Shown: positions 10,405 to 23,993, numbered from the stretch's first letter. The stretch is 64,000 nucleotides of DNA from Lytechinus pictus (GCF_037042905.1 NC_087252.1:8806001-8870000); one strand, 5' to 3'. Notes: generated by a model not told the origin, from the letters alone. A program made the numbers and translations.

Positions 10405-13400
10405 AGGTGCTTTCATAGTTCTTCTGATGTGGATTAGTTGTGTCTGTTATTTAATTTTATCCTCAGTGCTAAAATGACGAATCTTGTGTGAATAGTGTAC
10501 ATAAATACTTGGTATAAAAGAGAGATTAAAAAAATATGTTGGGGATAAATTTTGCACAACATTTTTTGTTGACTTTTTTGATGTAGGGAAGGTTTTGCAT
10601 TTTTTTTTAAAATATATTTTATTAAATTATTGCTTGAAAAGCATGTTAGAATTTTCTTGGAATATACACAATGACTATCCAAATAGAGATGTGTTTGATT
10701 AAATAAAAAAAATTATCATGACATTTTTGCAGAATATCTTAATTTGGTGTTGCAACTTGCTAGAATTAATGAATTATCAATTAAAATATTAAATGTAATT
10801 TTCACTTGTACTTGAGTTTATACGTTTGAACATTCTTTAGGGGTATGCTTTATATGTCTTGTTCTCCCCAAGTTAGTTGAGGTCATACTTGCAGAGATTA
10901 CGAGTCGTCATTTGACATGTATATTTACTTGTTGGAAGTTGTAATTTCCAGGTTTACTGTGCAAATAGGAAATGCATATATGCAAACTTATGTTTTCATA
11001 GTGAATGTTCATGCTAAAAAATAAAATTATTGAAGTGCTTAGCAAAATTTATTTTAGGGTTAGCCTATGGATAGGGCATGACTGTCACCACCCCTACAGC
11101 CATCAGACCAGCTTCAATTCTTTATCTGATGAAAATATTTTAACCTCAAACTTATATTGATTCAGTGGAAATGGGTTAATAAGCATTCTGTGTTTATGTT
11201 CACTCTATACCTTTTTGGTTAACTTTCATGCCTGACAAAGTAAAATGCAGTTTAGATAACAAAATTGAAATGAAATTAGTGTGAAATGAATGAAAATTCC
11301 TTCACTGTTTTTTTTTTTTTTTTTTTTACCATTGCAAGGGCACTATTTACACCATTCATTTTTGGCATGAATATCTGATAAGCAAAACAAGGATCAGATT
11401 AATTAAAATTTAATCAGCAGGATTCTTACTCAAAAGACATGGTCAGAAAAGGCTAAAATGTATCTAACCTTGGGCTGGCCCATGTGCTATTTATTTTAAC
11501 TTTCGGGGGATGGGAAAATCTTTAATAATTTCCATGTTTAGTATGTGATATTTTTGTTTTATATTACAGATGATCGTATTATCATTAGCATACAATACAT
11601 ACATGTATGTTGGCCTATGCCCGATGCGTTCATCACCTGCTGATCCTCAAATTGGCAACAGATAATTTTTTCTTTTATGGTGTCTTTGAAATATTATGGT
11701 GTATTGTGTATGAAAATTACAGATGAGAATGTACCTAAAGTTGAATAAATATTGGGATATTTAAACAACAAAGAAAAGAGAGAAAACTGTAGATGGTGAT
11801 GGAAAACATTTTTAAGGACTTGTCTAGTTCACCATTTATGAAGAATTCTCAGTATTATCGGAAGTTCTATAAATATGAGGAAATATTAAATTGGGTCCCT
11901 TGGTATAAAGGATGCAGTTTGTCTATTCATTTCAAGTACATCTATGTATAATTATGTACATTGCGCTTTATATTTTTACAGTTCTTAATTACTGAACCAA
12001 ACCTTTTAAAAAGTTGTGAATAATTTATTTTTTCATCTGTGGTTTCTAATGTGAGCCAAATTTCGAAGGAATACAGGACTAATCAATTGAATTCAGGAGC
12101 TTTTTCTGTGAAGTTTAGTTTGATTTTTTTTTTCATGAGATATTGAATACTAACATGGGGTTTATCAGCTTAAATTTGAAGTTCAGTCGTTTTGTAAAAC
12201 CATTAACAGGAAAATTTCACAATTTCACAATTTCTGTAATACATGTACACTGTATTATGTGTACATCAGAAGTATATTGTGTTTATTCAATTTGTGTATG
12301 CTTGAAATAAAAAATAAAACTTTGAAAAGTCTCTTTAAAGTACAAATACTCTCAACAATCAACTTTTAGTAACTGTAAAATATGAGAGCAAGCTATCACC
12401 TAATTTAATAATTGTGCAACAAAACTTTGCTTCTATTTTAATAGCAACGATAATTGGTCATACATGTATGTGACGTCAGTTAATTTTCTGCTGATATGCA
12501 GTGATACCGAATTTGTATAGTGCCATTTATCTGGGGAAACGTTATAGATAATCATTGTGTGTTAAACACCCCGTTTCAGATTTAGAAAGAAGCCATCGAT
12601 ATCCACCTTCGTCATTGCATATATGTATACTATATTTTAACCTAACACTATGTATTTGTCTACTGAGATGCAAATTAAATATAAAACACCAGCACTATTC
12701 ATTAACAGGATATACAGTGAAAATGTCATGCGATCATAAATATTACAAGTTGTGCAAAATTGATTAGAAAACAAAGTGAGAATTGTGTGGATAAGTGGTG
12801 GGATTACCAAAAAAAAAATGCTGTCATATATATGTTTGTAAATTATTTGAACTTGTGTCAAAACCTTAGAGCTACGCTGTGGCTTGGTCGAATGGACAGT
12901 TTTGTTTGTGTTTCTATAACTGACATTGTGAAAGTGTGGTAGTCTTGTATTAGTATGCACACAGGCCTATTTGTAATAATGACTTCATTATCTAAAAATG
13001 AATAAATATTCTGTCTACCACCACATCATTGTTTTGACTGAGTGTATTTATTTTGTCTGGGTGGTCTACACTTGATTTTTTTGCATTCCATTTGGACCTC
13101 TGTATCAGCGAGATTTCGCCCAGTGGACATCCGGTGCTTTAAGCGGAGGACTGTATAAGCTCCAATTCGGGTACAGACATAATTGAGGTAGTCATGAATT
13201 TTCACATACAAATCTTGAACTTGTAGTTTTGTCCAGATTCTAGCTTGAACATTTAAATTAAAAAAAACCCTTGAAAAATTATTCAATACGAGACTTGAAC
13301 CTGCGATTGGCTTACTGATTACACCACACCGATCGAGCTCACTGCTGCGTTGGAAATTACGCTTTATCCTTGTGTTTCGTGTGCCAGTTAATATTTATGA

Positions 13401-13699
13401 GGTGTAAATAAACCCTATTATATCGTCATACTGAATAGCAACACGCACAGTCCTTTTTAAGTGACGCAGGCGTATGGCAAATCTTTTTAATATTCATTCT
13501 TGTATATTGATATCAACAAGTACAATTCTTGATATCCAGAATTGATTTTCTTGATAAGAATTATATCAAGAAAAATGTATGTTATAAAGGCTTGCCATTC
13601 CCTCATCTCTGAAAGCCTCGTACAACATTTTCTCATGAAGATGTTTATTGACATAATTTTTTTGTCAAATTGAAGAGCTCTCGACCTTGAATCCACACT

Positions 13700-14885
13700 G
13701 GTCATCACTTCCATCCCTACATGTATATCATTATGACATCACCATCATCACCATCATCACTATTATCATCACTGTTATCATCACCATCACTATTATCACC
13801 ATCATCATTACTATTGTCATCACCATCAATTATCACCACCTTCATCACTATTACCATCACCACCATCTTCATCACTATTATCAACACCATCATACATCAT
13901 CACCATCATCATTACTATTGTCATCACCATCAATTATCATCACCTTCATCATTATCGCCACCATCATCACTATTATCAACATCATCACTATTATCACCGT
14001 CATAATCACTATTATCATCACCACCACCATCATCACTATTAACGTCACCATCATCAGAATAACCATCATCACCACCATTATCCCAATTACTACCATCAAT
14101 ATCATCATTACCAACATTATCATCACCATAATGATCATCATCACCACCACACCATCATTACCACCATTATCAAAATCACCATTATCCCAATTACCACTAT
14201 CACCATCAATATCATGAGCATCATCACCACCATGATTACCATCACTTTAATCATCACAACCCACTCTAATCACTACCATCATCACCATTATCGTCAATAA
14301 CACGCATTTACATGGTGCTAAAACTATTTCTATATACATTGTATTCTATTGCGCTGCAAGAGTTCCCCAGATGCTGTACGTACTACTGTCACCATCATTA
14401 CCACCACCACCACCATTATTTTTTACGTCCTCTTGATCATTATTATCACCAATATCATCATCACCACCATCTACATCACCATTATCACCAATACTATCAT
14501 CACCATTATCGTCAATATCATCACCATCAACAATATTATCATCACCACCATTAACATCATCACCACCACCATCACCAATACAATGATCATCATCATCCTT
14601 GTCACCATCATCTCCACCATTATCATCATTATCACCAATACAATGATCATCATCATCCTTGTCACCATCATAAGCACCATCATCTCCACCATTATCATCA
14701 TCACCACCATTATCACCAATATCATCACCATCATCATCATTACCACCATTGACCAAAACATAAAAACAGTTGGAAAATTAGGCTTGCAAAATCAATGACA
14801 TCACCAATACAATGATCATCATCGTCCTCGTCACCATGATAAGCACCATCATCACCACCACCATTATCATCATCACCACTATCAA
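13700..14885. repeat. Degenerate (ATC/ACC/ATT)n trinucleotide low-complexity tract
   Basis: Continuous CAT/CAC/TAT triplets; source of the spurious Ile/Thr-, His- and Asp-rich ORFs. Confidence 0.95.
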
Positions 14886-15395
14886 CAGCTTTTCATACTC
14901 CATGAGTGGACTAGGAGTATTGTGGATTGGCATCCGGCATGTTTAATAAAATACAATATCAAATAAACAATACTGACAATGAAGTAATTGTGTTCATAAT
15001 CTTATTCTATTTCAAGCGATAAGCATGGAGAATCTATAATATAATAACATACACAAAATTATGGGTAAGCATGACTGAGGTATAAAGGAGAGCATACTTA
15101 TACAACACTAAAAGGGCTCTTTTATTTATTTTTAAATATTTGGGCATGATAAAGTGTAACCTTCACATTGCACTGTTGAATGAAAACACAGGATTTATTT
15201 GGGGGATTCTTCTGGTTGTAGAATTAATGTATATCCATGTGCAATTTAAAGAATCAACAGGTTGAACAAAACATATCTTAAGAATATTACAACCCTTAAA
15301 AGTCTCCAGAAGAGAAATATTACATAATTTACATGATAGCCACTTTTTATACATCATCAAAACCATTGCGCTGACATGTCCAGTTATAAGTCTGT

Positions 15396-15655
15396 ACCGG
15401 TGTGTTGGCTCAGTTGGTAGAGCATCCATCTCACAACCGGGAGGTCAGGGGTTCAAACCCTGGCCGCATCAGACCAAAAGACATTAAAAGATGGAAGTTG
15501 CTGCTACCCTGTTTGATGTTCCAACGATTAAAGGGATAGAGCCTCGTCGATCTGGCGCTGCAAAGCGGCTGCCGGGCCCACGATCAATTGAGCAAAGCAA
15601 ACTTTCGGAGTATTTCACTCATGTCTATTTCGAACAATAAATTATGGATTTTCCT
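15396..15655 (+). mobile_element. tRNA-derived SINE
   Basis: Head with A box TGGCTCAGTTGG and B box GGTTCAAACCC, tRNA-unrelated body, AATAAA and T-rich tail. Confidence 0.85.
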
Positions 15656-15743
15656 TTTTTTTCATCATTTAAGTCAACCCTCTCCTTCAATACCAGCCCT
15701 ATTGGAATCAAACCTGATTTAATAAAATACTTTTTTTTTTTAA

Positions 15744-16040
15744 CACAACCGGGAGGTCGGGGGTTCAAATCCCGGCCGCGTCAGACCAAAAGACGTTAAA
15801 AGATGGGAGTTGCTGCTACCCTGTTTGGCGTTCAACGATTAAAGGGATAGAGCCTCGTCGATCTGGCGCTGCACAGCGGCTGCCGGGCCCACGATCAATT
15901 GGGCAAAGCAAATTTTCGGAGTATTTCACTCATGTCTATTTCGAACAATAAATTATGGATATTCATTTTTTTTTCATCACTTAAGTCAACCCTCTCCTTT
16001 AATACAAGCCCTATTAGAATCAAACCTGATTTTATAAAAC
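15744..16040 (+). repeat. Tandem duplicate of the SINE (lacking the A box) plus its 3' flank
   Basis: Matches 15432-15730 with a period of about 312 bp, including the flank TTAAGTCAACCCTCTCC...AATCAAACCTGATTT. Confidence 0.88.
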
Positions 16041-18417
16041 ACCTTTTTTAAAAAAAAAACCTATTCTCAAAACATCATCTACATGTACATGTACATACAA
16101 CAGGCTTCTGTGGTCCAAAGAGACTTTGGCAAACTCATCAGCATTCTTATGTTACTATTACACTTGCACAATGTTGGGGCCCAAATAGTTTACGACTAGT
16201 TCACGCATCGAGTCGTGCCATGTCATGAAGTGGGCGGGCAGATGCAGAACAATGCTTGAAGTGTCGTGCCAAAATTGAAAAATTTTCCAAAATCTTGGCA
16301 CGACAAATTTAGGAGATTATTGGCGTGAACTATTCGTAAACTGTGCGCAACCATGTCAGGCCAAGTCGTGCCATGGCATGAGCGGCACGCATTTCACGCC
16401 GAGATTACTGGTAGTTTGCGACAAGTTAAACAATAATTTGCGCATAATTCACGCTCGCATAAGAATTACTCGCTTCAAAGGCATACGCATGCGCAGTTTG
16501 GCTATATTAAATGGCAATTCATGGAGCTAAATTTTATGCTCCAATGAATGATGATGAATTGAATGATGTGACCAATAGCGTATCCAGCATTAACTTTGAC
16601 AAAGAAATGTATGGCCATACACAAGCGAAATAGTCACTATTGTTCCTAGACAATTGGGCCCATGAAATGCTTTGTAGGATCTGACGCTGGATTAGCACCT
16701 GGTAACAGTATACAAACTACTCGTAAATACTGCGTGAACGTTTTGTCAATGCGTAAACTATTCGGTACCATATGGCACAAACCGCATTGTTGCGAACTGT
16801 TACGATAATGCCAATGCGGGAACCTAAAATCGTGCAATAGCAGCATTAACTGCAATTTACTATTACATCACTTTTGAGCATCATACATGCATGACTAATT
16901 GAATATTCATTGTCAATTCGATAAGTCATTCTTAGGTATAAATAACAAAATAATAAATGCAAATCTATAAGTAATTGAGTTGTTTAATAATGTCACCACT
17001 TGAGAATTCAGAATATAACAATAGCTCTGTTAACATTCATGCATTTCGTTTTCATTTTTGTACAACCAATACATAATCCTTATACCCATAGTTTTGAAGT
17101 ACCGTTTTGTTTTGGATACATTCATTTCAAATCTACTATAAAAAGAAGGAAAATCAAAACATCCTCCAGCAGTTCATTGAATAAAGAGAAAATCAATAAA
17201 ACCCTACTCACAAACAATACCAGTCAGGTTCATTGAGAGCTGTAAGAGCAGAAACACACCTGCAATTTTAGATGAAATAGTTTTAGCCCTTTTAGTATAT
17301 TTTCAATTACATGCGCATGTAGCTTAGTCTGCTCTCAAGTGATATTTCAACATGTATGTGAAATAGGTGCATATATCACATGTACATGTATTTACCCCTT
17401 TTTAAAATATTGAAGGGGTAATATATGTCAGACTATCAAGAATTTAATATGAAAATATAAAGAACAAGAAGCAAAATTAAAAGCGCATAAGTTTCACTGG
17501 AAGTGTTGAAAGAAAGATTTTAGAAAAAAAAAAATCTAATTATGCTTTATAGTAATCCTATACATTTAATACACAAGAAAGCCCACAAAACACTATACAG
17601 TTTTGCTACACATTTACTTTCAAAATGTTCAGACAAAATGTATAGCCCTCTAAATAACTGGGTTTTTATGACATACAAAGGGTTAATTCACTGCTAGCTG
17701 CTTAAATAACACACAGGGGCTTGTGTGTCAATGCATCAAGAGTTCAAGGACCCCCCCCCCATCATTCAGTAAATTGCCAAAATCGTCTACTGCCAACTCG
17801 TCCATTCAACTCATGGACTTTACCTTCATGTAGTCTACCGGTAATGCCATTCTGTCCATCAACATTTTGTCTAACAAACATTTGGTCCAACATCACTTTG
17901 TCTAATCACCAGTTCGTCTATGTCGTCTCATATAAACCAGTTGGTCTAATATCCATTTTATTTTCATGAAATTTCGTCCAATTTAACACTTACTCCAATT
18001 AGACCAAAGGTACATTATATGGACCCAATGGCTATTGGAACAGCTGGTAATTAGACAAAATGGTGAGTGGACAAACTAATTAGACCATGTGAACTGATGG
18101 TAGAACAAATGATAGTACATGTAGACACATTGGTAATTGGACAAATTGGCATTACACCAATTAAAAATAAACAGATCAATCACCGGCCTGTTTTATACTC
18201 AATGCTGTTTTAGTGTGTTTTGATAGAGCCCTTTTCAAAACTTATAAGCAGTGCCTTGTAACCAAGAGAATACAATATACAGACCCTATACACATTTGCA
18301 GACAATATTATTATGTGAAAATCCCATTAACAAGTACACATGTAAACACACACATGGAAAGTTGTACATAATACATGTATGTATGTCATTTGTACTCGTA
18401 TACATGTAGTTTGAGTT

Positions 18418-18648
18418 AGAAAGTCAAAAAGGGGCCTAAGCTTTCGATCCTAGCAGAATCTTCGTCGGAGGCAAAATGACAAACATAAAGTGGAACAACC
18501 ATAATATAGACCACAAACAAGCTACAGCAACACTAGAAACAAGGAGGCAAAAGGGGCATTAGTGAGTAGAGAAGACCAATCAGGTTAGTGAAGGGGATGA
18601 AAGAAAAGGAGTAGGCAGACACAAAGTGAAGTTAGTGTAAGTAAGGCC
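18418..18648 (-). mobile_element. Penelope-like element terminal fragment
   Basis: Carries a minimal hammerhead motif near its 3' end and is flanked by AGTTTGAGTT on both sides (18408-18417, 18649-18658). Confidence 0.65.
18434..18472 (-). ncRNA. Minimal type I hammerhead ribozyme motif (variant core)
   Basis: GCCT-CCGACGA-A-GATTCT-GCT-AGGATC-GAAA-GCTT-AGGC: stem I GCCT/AGGC, stem II GATTCT/AGGATC, palindromic AAGCTT stem III. The core has C at the U4 position. Confidence 0.7.
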
Positions 18649-20057
18649 AGTTTGAGTTTGAGTTGTCAACATTGCATTATATGCTCACCTGTATTTGAAT
18701 TATCACAACAGTATGGCCCATGTGCTACATGTATGCAATAAATACCTAGAATAATTTGGCAAGAAAAGTACATGTACATACTACACAGAATTCATCCAAT
18801 CTACTTGAACGTGATTGTAAGTTTGATTTCCAAAAATAATTTACACTCACCTAATATACAATGCCTTAATATTTATAATACAAAATCAATAAATATATTG
18901 CATTTTCATAGCTTTTATACTGTGCATCATGACTATCAAAATTTGCTGAAAAAATTTGAGTGCTATTTTAAAATGCTTACATGTAGCTGTACCAATGAAG
19001 TCATCAAAATATTGAAGTTTGAGTTGAGAGTAAAGTTTTTAGATGCTATCGAAGGATAATTATCCAACAAATGCCTTGAAAAATAAACATGAATTTAGAA
19101 ATGAGCTGTAATTGCTGATTGAATTATATGAAATTAACAAAGATTGATATCCAATTAACAAAGAAGTACTTGTAATTACGTGTTTTAAGATATCTCATGG
19201 TGAATGATAGTGTAGGCACACTGAGTTACAGAGTTAAAGCAACAGTGGACGGCAGTGGTCAGGCCCAACCGGCACAGAATGATTTCGACCACCATTCATG
19301 AAAAACACTGCTTCCGTCCATGACTAATTTCAAATGAAGTGTTTAAAAGTAACTCCTTGCAAAGAGGAGTTGCACTTCCCTTCATTTCCATCTTTAATCT
19401 TGTTTCAATTGCATAGTTTACATTACACATTGTTATAATTGATAAATATCAGTTTATTTTCAAAGATTTGATAATGTCAGATTGTTATTTCATTGACGGT
19501 TCACCTTTCGCCTTAAGACCACTAACTCTGCCTTAAAGAAACTTTGTAATGCCATGAATAGTGACCACCACTAAAATAGGTATACCTTCATGTAGAACAC
19601 TGCCGAGATGTTTTGTATACATGTACATATACATCTAATATTGGCTTGAAATTTATAGATAAACTGCAAATAAACAAAGTTGCATGAAAACACTTCCATA
19701 AGGTCTCGTTCTTCTTCCCTAACCAAATCAATTTATTGTATGTGACTGTGTTGTTTTATCAAGGAAAGAAAGTCTTACCACAATTTGCTACTGTACATGT
19801 ACATGCAATTTCTCTATAAATAAAATTGTCATTTGAGATTTTTAGCAGGTTTCTTCATCTAAATGTAGTGATATATTTGTAGCATTGGAATCCTTTCGAA
19901 AATGACAAAATTTGCTAGAATTTGAGTTATAAAATAATTAATATTCTGTTATTTTTGTTGCCATAACAATTGAATGTATCTTCATGTGTAAGCAAATGAA
20001 ATAAATAAATTATGAACACTTTATATTACAGGCAAAGCAGCTGTTCCTGAATATACT

Positions 20058-22223
20058 TCAGCTTGGATCGCTGCTTCTTTCAGGTTTTTTCACCTTAGAA
20101 TGTGTCTTGACGTGCCTCTCTAGGGATGTGCTCTGTCCAAAAGCTTTCCCACACTCCTGGCAAACGTAAGGTTTTTCCCCAGTGTGAATGCGCTCATGGC
20201 GTTGACAGGTAGTCTTTTGGGTGAACCGGCATTCACAGAAGCTGCATCCGTACGGCTTCTCACCGGTGTGAATAAGCCGATGCTTTTGAAGGCCACTCTT
20301 CTGGGCGAACCCATTCCCGCATTCCGTACATATGAACGGAAGCTCGCCGGAATGGGTCCTCTCGTGGCGCAGGCATGTGGATTTTTGCGTGAAACCTTTG
20401 CCGCATTCCTTACATTTGAATGGTTTTTCGCCAGTGTGGCAAAGGCTGTGCCGCAGGAGGTGGCTACGTTGGAGAAACGTCTTCTCGCAGACGAGGCATG
20501 TGAACACCTTTGGATCTCTTGACCGCAGCAAGGCCGGAGGATCAATGCATGGTGCTGTACTGGTTTCTAAACCTTCATTCTTGTTTCCTAGCGTTTCCTT
20601 CTGACTAGCACCATTGGTCGTAGCAGATTCCTGTAATTTATCTTCTGAGGTGGTATTCTGCGTTATTGGTGAATTTAATGCGATTATGATATCTTGTGAA
20701 GTTGTATTTTCAGCTGGTGATGAATCTAAGGGAATTTTCATATCTTGTGAAGTTGTATTCTGAGCTTTTGGTGATTCTGCAGGGATGTCGATAAGGGACA
20801 GATCCGACTTCTCGCTCGATGCCCTATGTTTTTCTTTGGCGTGCCTTTCGAGCCTCTTAGAAGAAGAGAAGCCATCACCACACTCATTGCACATGTACGG
20901 CTGATTTCTGCCATGCGTCTGTTCATGTCGTTGCAGAGAGGCTTTCTGTCCAAATCGCTTCCCGCAATGCTGGCAAGAAAAGGCCTTCTCACCCGTATGA
21001 ACTATTTGATGTCTAAGCAGGAAAGATGGCAAGCTAAAGATCTTCTTACAGATATCACATGCATAACCCTTTTTATCTAAACAAGATGTTTCCAGATCAA
21101 CTTTTCTCGTTTCAGGATTGACTTTTCTCCGTTTCTTGGTGGTACTTGTTTGGACATGGTTCGCACCTTTAACATGCTGTTCAGAAACTTCCTGTAAGTA
21201 ATTCCTAGACTGGATCACTTCTTCCCCTTTTTCTATGCCCAACTTTTCCACATGAGAACTTCCCGCTTTATCATCCTGCATTAAGATCCTTGATGGAGTC
21301 ACTACCTTTTCTTCTTCAGGAACATGTACCTCATTGCTCTCACGGTGAGTTTCCATAGGCAAACTAGCTCTTCTGTGTTGAAGAACATTGCAAGCCTTTT
21401 CCCTGGGCCCCTGCCCATCACGCACGAGTTCTGGCATCCTCTGGACCATGTGCATCTGTTGATGGATAGTTAGCACTCTTCGCTGGTTGAAGCTACGCCC
21501 ACATTCTCCACAGGTGTGCTTCTTGCGGTCTCCCATCTTACTCATCATCCCAAAAAGTTTGCCTTTTGTCTTAAAAACGTTCGATTTGGCATTGAGAGCT
21601 TGGAACCTTCCACCAACTGAAGGTACCCCAGGAGATGTCTCTGAACAATCAACGCTGATATCTTTATCAACCTCCGCATCCATTGTCTCTTCATCTTGGG
21701 TCACAAATTCCTCACCAACACTACCATTAAAACTAGTCTCTGCCACTGTACCTAAAACAGGCCTCCTCTCTCCTTGTTTATCTTCAGTCATTCTTTGAGC
21801 CTCTTCTTCCTCTAGAAGGCTACCTTTCCAAAGTGAAATCTGACTATTCCTACCTCTTTTCCTCTTATTCATTTTCTTTCTCACATTATCACCTTCATAT
21901 TTTGTGTCTCCAGACTGAGCTTTTATGACGAGGTATTCATGACAATCCTTCACCTTGTCATTCCCTTCATGTTCCTCCTGTAGATTTTCTGCTCTTGCTC
22001 CACAAGGTCCACCATCATGTTTCTGGTTCAACTTCCTCAGGACAATCTGATCAAGAATACCCATTTTCCCGAGCCGTTTACGATGGTGCGAGTTCGGTCT
22101 GGTTTGGTCATGACCATGGTCATCCCATGATGAAGGAATCCCATGGTTATTGAGAGATAGTGGGTGACTGGTTAAAGTAATTAAAGATTGAGTGTTTCCT
22201 GGGTCTTCTGTAGACTCCTCCAT
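20058..22223 (-). CDS. C2H2 zinc-finger protein, 721 aa, nine fingers arranged 1+3+5
   Basis: Uninterrupted ORF with repeated CxxC-x12-Hxxx(x)H motifs, HTGEKP linkers and basic NLS-like stretches (KKMNKRKR, KKRRK). ATG context GCAATCATGG. Confidence 0.93.
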   Translation of the reverse strand: MEESTEDPGNTQSLITLTSHPLSLNNHGIPSSWDDHGHDQTRPNSHHRKRLGKMGILDQIVLRKLNQKHDGGPCGARAENLQEEHEGNDKVKDCHEYLVIKAQSGDTKYEGDNVRKKMNKRKRGRNSQISLWKGSLLEEEEAQRMTEDKQGERRPVLGTVAETSFNGSVGEEFVTQDEETMDAEVDKDISVDCSETSPGVPSVGGRFQALNAKSNVFKTKGKLFGMMSKMGDRKKHTCGECGRSFNQRRVLTIHQQMHMVQRMPELVRDGQGPREKACNVLQHRRASLPMETHRESNEVHVPEEEKVVTPSRILMQDDKAGSSHVEKLGIEKGEEVIQSRNYLQEVSEQHVKGANHVQTSTTKKRRKVNPETRKVDLETSCLDKKGYACDICKKIFSLPSFLLRHQIVHTGEKAFSCQHCGKRFGQKASLQRHEQTHGRNQPYMCNECGDGFSSSKRLERHAKEKHRASSEKSDLSLIDIPAESPKAQNTTSQDMKIPLDSSPAENTTSQDIIIALNSPITQNTTSEDKLQESATTNGASQKETLGNKNEGLETSTAPCIDPPALLRSRDPKVFTCLVCEKTFLQRSHLLRHSLCHTGEKPFKCKECGKGFTQKSTCLRHERTHSGELPFICTECGNGFAQKSGLQKHRLIHTGEKPYGCSFCECRFTQKTTCQRHERIHTGEKPYVCQECGKAFGQSTSLERHVKTHSKVKKPERSSDPS

Positions 22224-22428
22224 GATTGCAATGATCTCATTTCAGACCTGGGATTAGAGTGCTACTGCCATGTTTTTCTCTGAGGTTCTGTCCTATCTTT
22301 CCGCAGTACATGTACACTCAGGCCACATTACTGTAGCTTACCGCTGAAGAAAAACCCCAAAGAAACTCAAATTTTGATCAATGCAATGCCCAGAATAAAA
22401 TCAAATTGACTGGTAATAATAGGCCTAC

Positions 22429-22753
22429 CCTGGAGATCATAGCATAGGTCAATCAAAATCAAGAAAATAAAAAAGCCATGTCCTGAGAGATCTTTCTAGG
22501 TGTCCATCATGTCAGAGAATACCGTAAATGGTTGTTTGATGGTGCAAGGCAGTGGGAGCAGAGTTCAGGATGACTTTTGTATTAAAGTATTCTTTACCAC
22601 AAAGAACCACAGAGAAGTTGTAGAAAAGTTCTTTATTTCCAAATGGCTTCTTCTGGGATCATTGCGGGAGATAGGATGGTGGCCAAATAGAGCAAGGTGG
22701 AAGCAGTCCAGGATGTCATTTGCATTCACGCTCTCTCCAGGTCATTGATCAAC
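22429..22753 (-). other. Probable 5' UTR exon of the zinc-finger gene
   Basis: Minus-strand acceptor after a long T tract (CTCTAG, AG at 22755-22754) and donor GTAGGC at 22428. An 85-nt intron follows, with acceptor TTTTTCTTCAG leading into the coding exon at 22343. Confidence 0.6.
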
Positions 22754-23993
22754 CTAGAGTAAGAGTAAAAAAAAAAGAAATGGAAGAAGTCTCTATCAAT
22801 CATGGTAAATACACTTTATTATGACTTGCAGTTCACAGCATTTCTGACCTCGATTTCAACTACACATAGATGGAGATATGCAGAGCTGCCAAGCTTAATT
22901 GTGAAAATATCAAATTCGTTATTTCTTTTAACCTACATGTACATGTATTTTCAAACCTAAAATCAAATATTTCTCCAACATTTTGAAGAAAAAAAATCCT
23001 ATTTCTGGGGGAAAATACTATTTAGTGTTACTTATCCCTTCAAATCCCACTAAATAACAATTGTCAGCTCTGCATACAGTATCACTCCCCCCCCCCCCAA
23101 AAAAAAAAGTATTTCAAAAATATGATAAAAAAAATAATGCTCTGGACCACCTATCATATCAACTGGTGAATTATGAAAAAGCATGCTCTTATGCTACCCA
23201 TTAAAAAAAATTGTTCAAAGCCTACTCTTTGACTTCAAAATTTTTTTTAATCAACTATCAACATAAAGTTTTAGGATTATTACATTATCCTATTAAATTT
23301 AGCATTTACAGAAATCAAGTTTCACTGTACTTGTACGTAGATCTATCTAAGTCTAAAATCTAGGTCTAAATAGCAATTATTAATTTATCAATTATCTGAT
23401 CTTGAAATGAAGAACTTTTATACAACTTATCTGATTTTTGATTTTTTTTTTTATACTTAGAGGACCCGTTTTGTGAAATATCTAGAAAAACAAGTAATGT
23501 TTTTTTTTTATTGGTGATTTTAACATTGATCTTTTATTATGACTAATTCCCATCAATCACATGTACAACATTGTCATTGTATACCTTTGATTTTAAACCC
23601 AAGGAGAACAATACAAACTTCAGCGACTCATATCGATAACTTATTCACAAACAACTTTGATAGTGTCTTAAAAAATGAATACTTGTTAATGATGTCAGTG
23701 ATCATTTTAAACTTAGTGTTTTCACAGTTATAAATTTGAATGTTTCAGACTCTACCCATAATCCTAAGTGATACAAATGTGTGATGAATAATGAAAATGT
23801 TACTGACTTTTTGAGAGTTTCAGTGTACTTGATGAATATGATCATAGATGTTGATTGTTGATTTTACATTTCTATGAATAAATTAACTAGTCTAAATGAT
23901 CAATGTTTTCCTTTCATAGAGAAGTCAGACCCACAATGTAAGAAAAAACCCTGGTTTAATAATGGTTTAAAGAAAATGTGCAGGGAAGAAAAT

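Noticed and set aside
13687..14798. Ile/Thr-, His- and Asp/Gly-rich ORFs
   Set aside because: Artefacts of triplet low-complexity DNA, open in several frames on both strands.
20120..21798. Overlapping and antisense ORFs within the zinc-finger CDS
   Set aside because: Shadow frames of a real coding sequence with no independent motifs.
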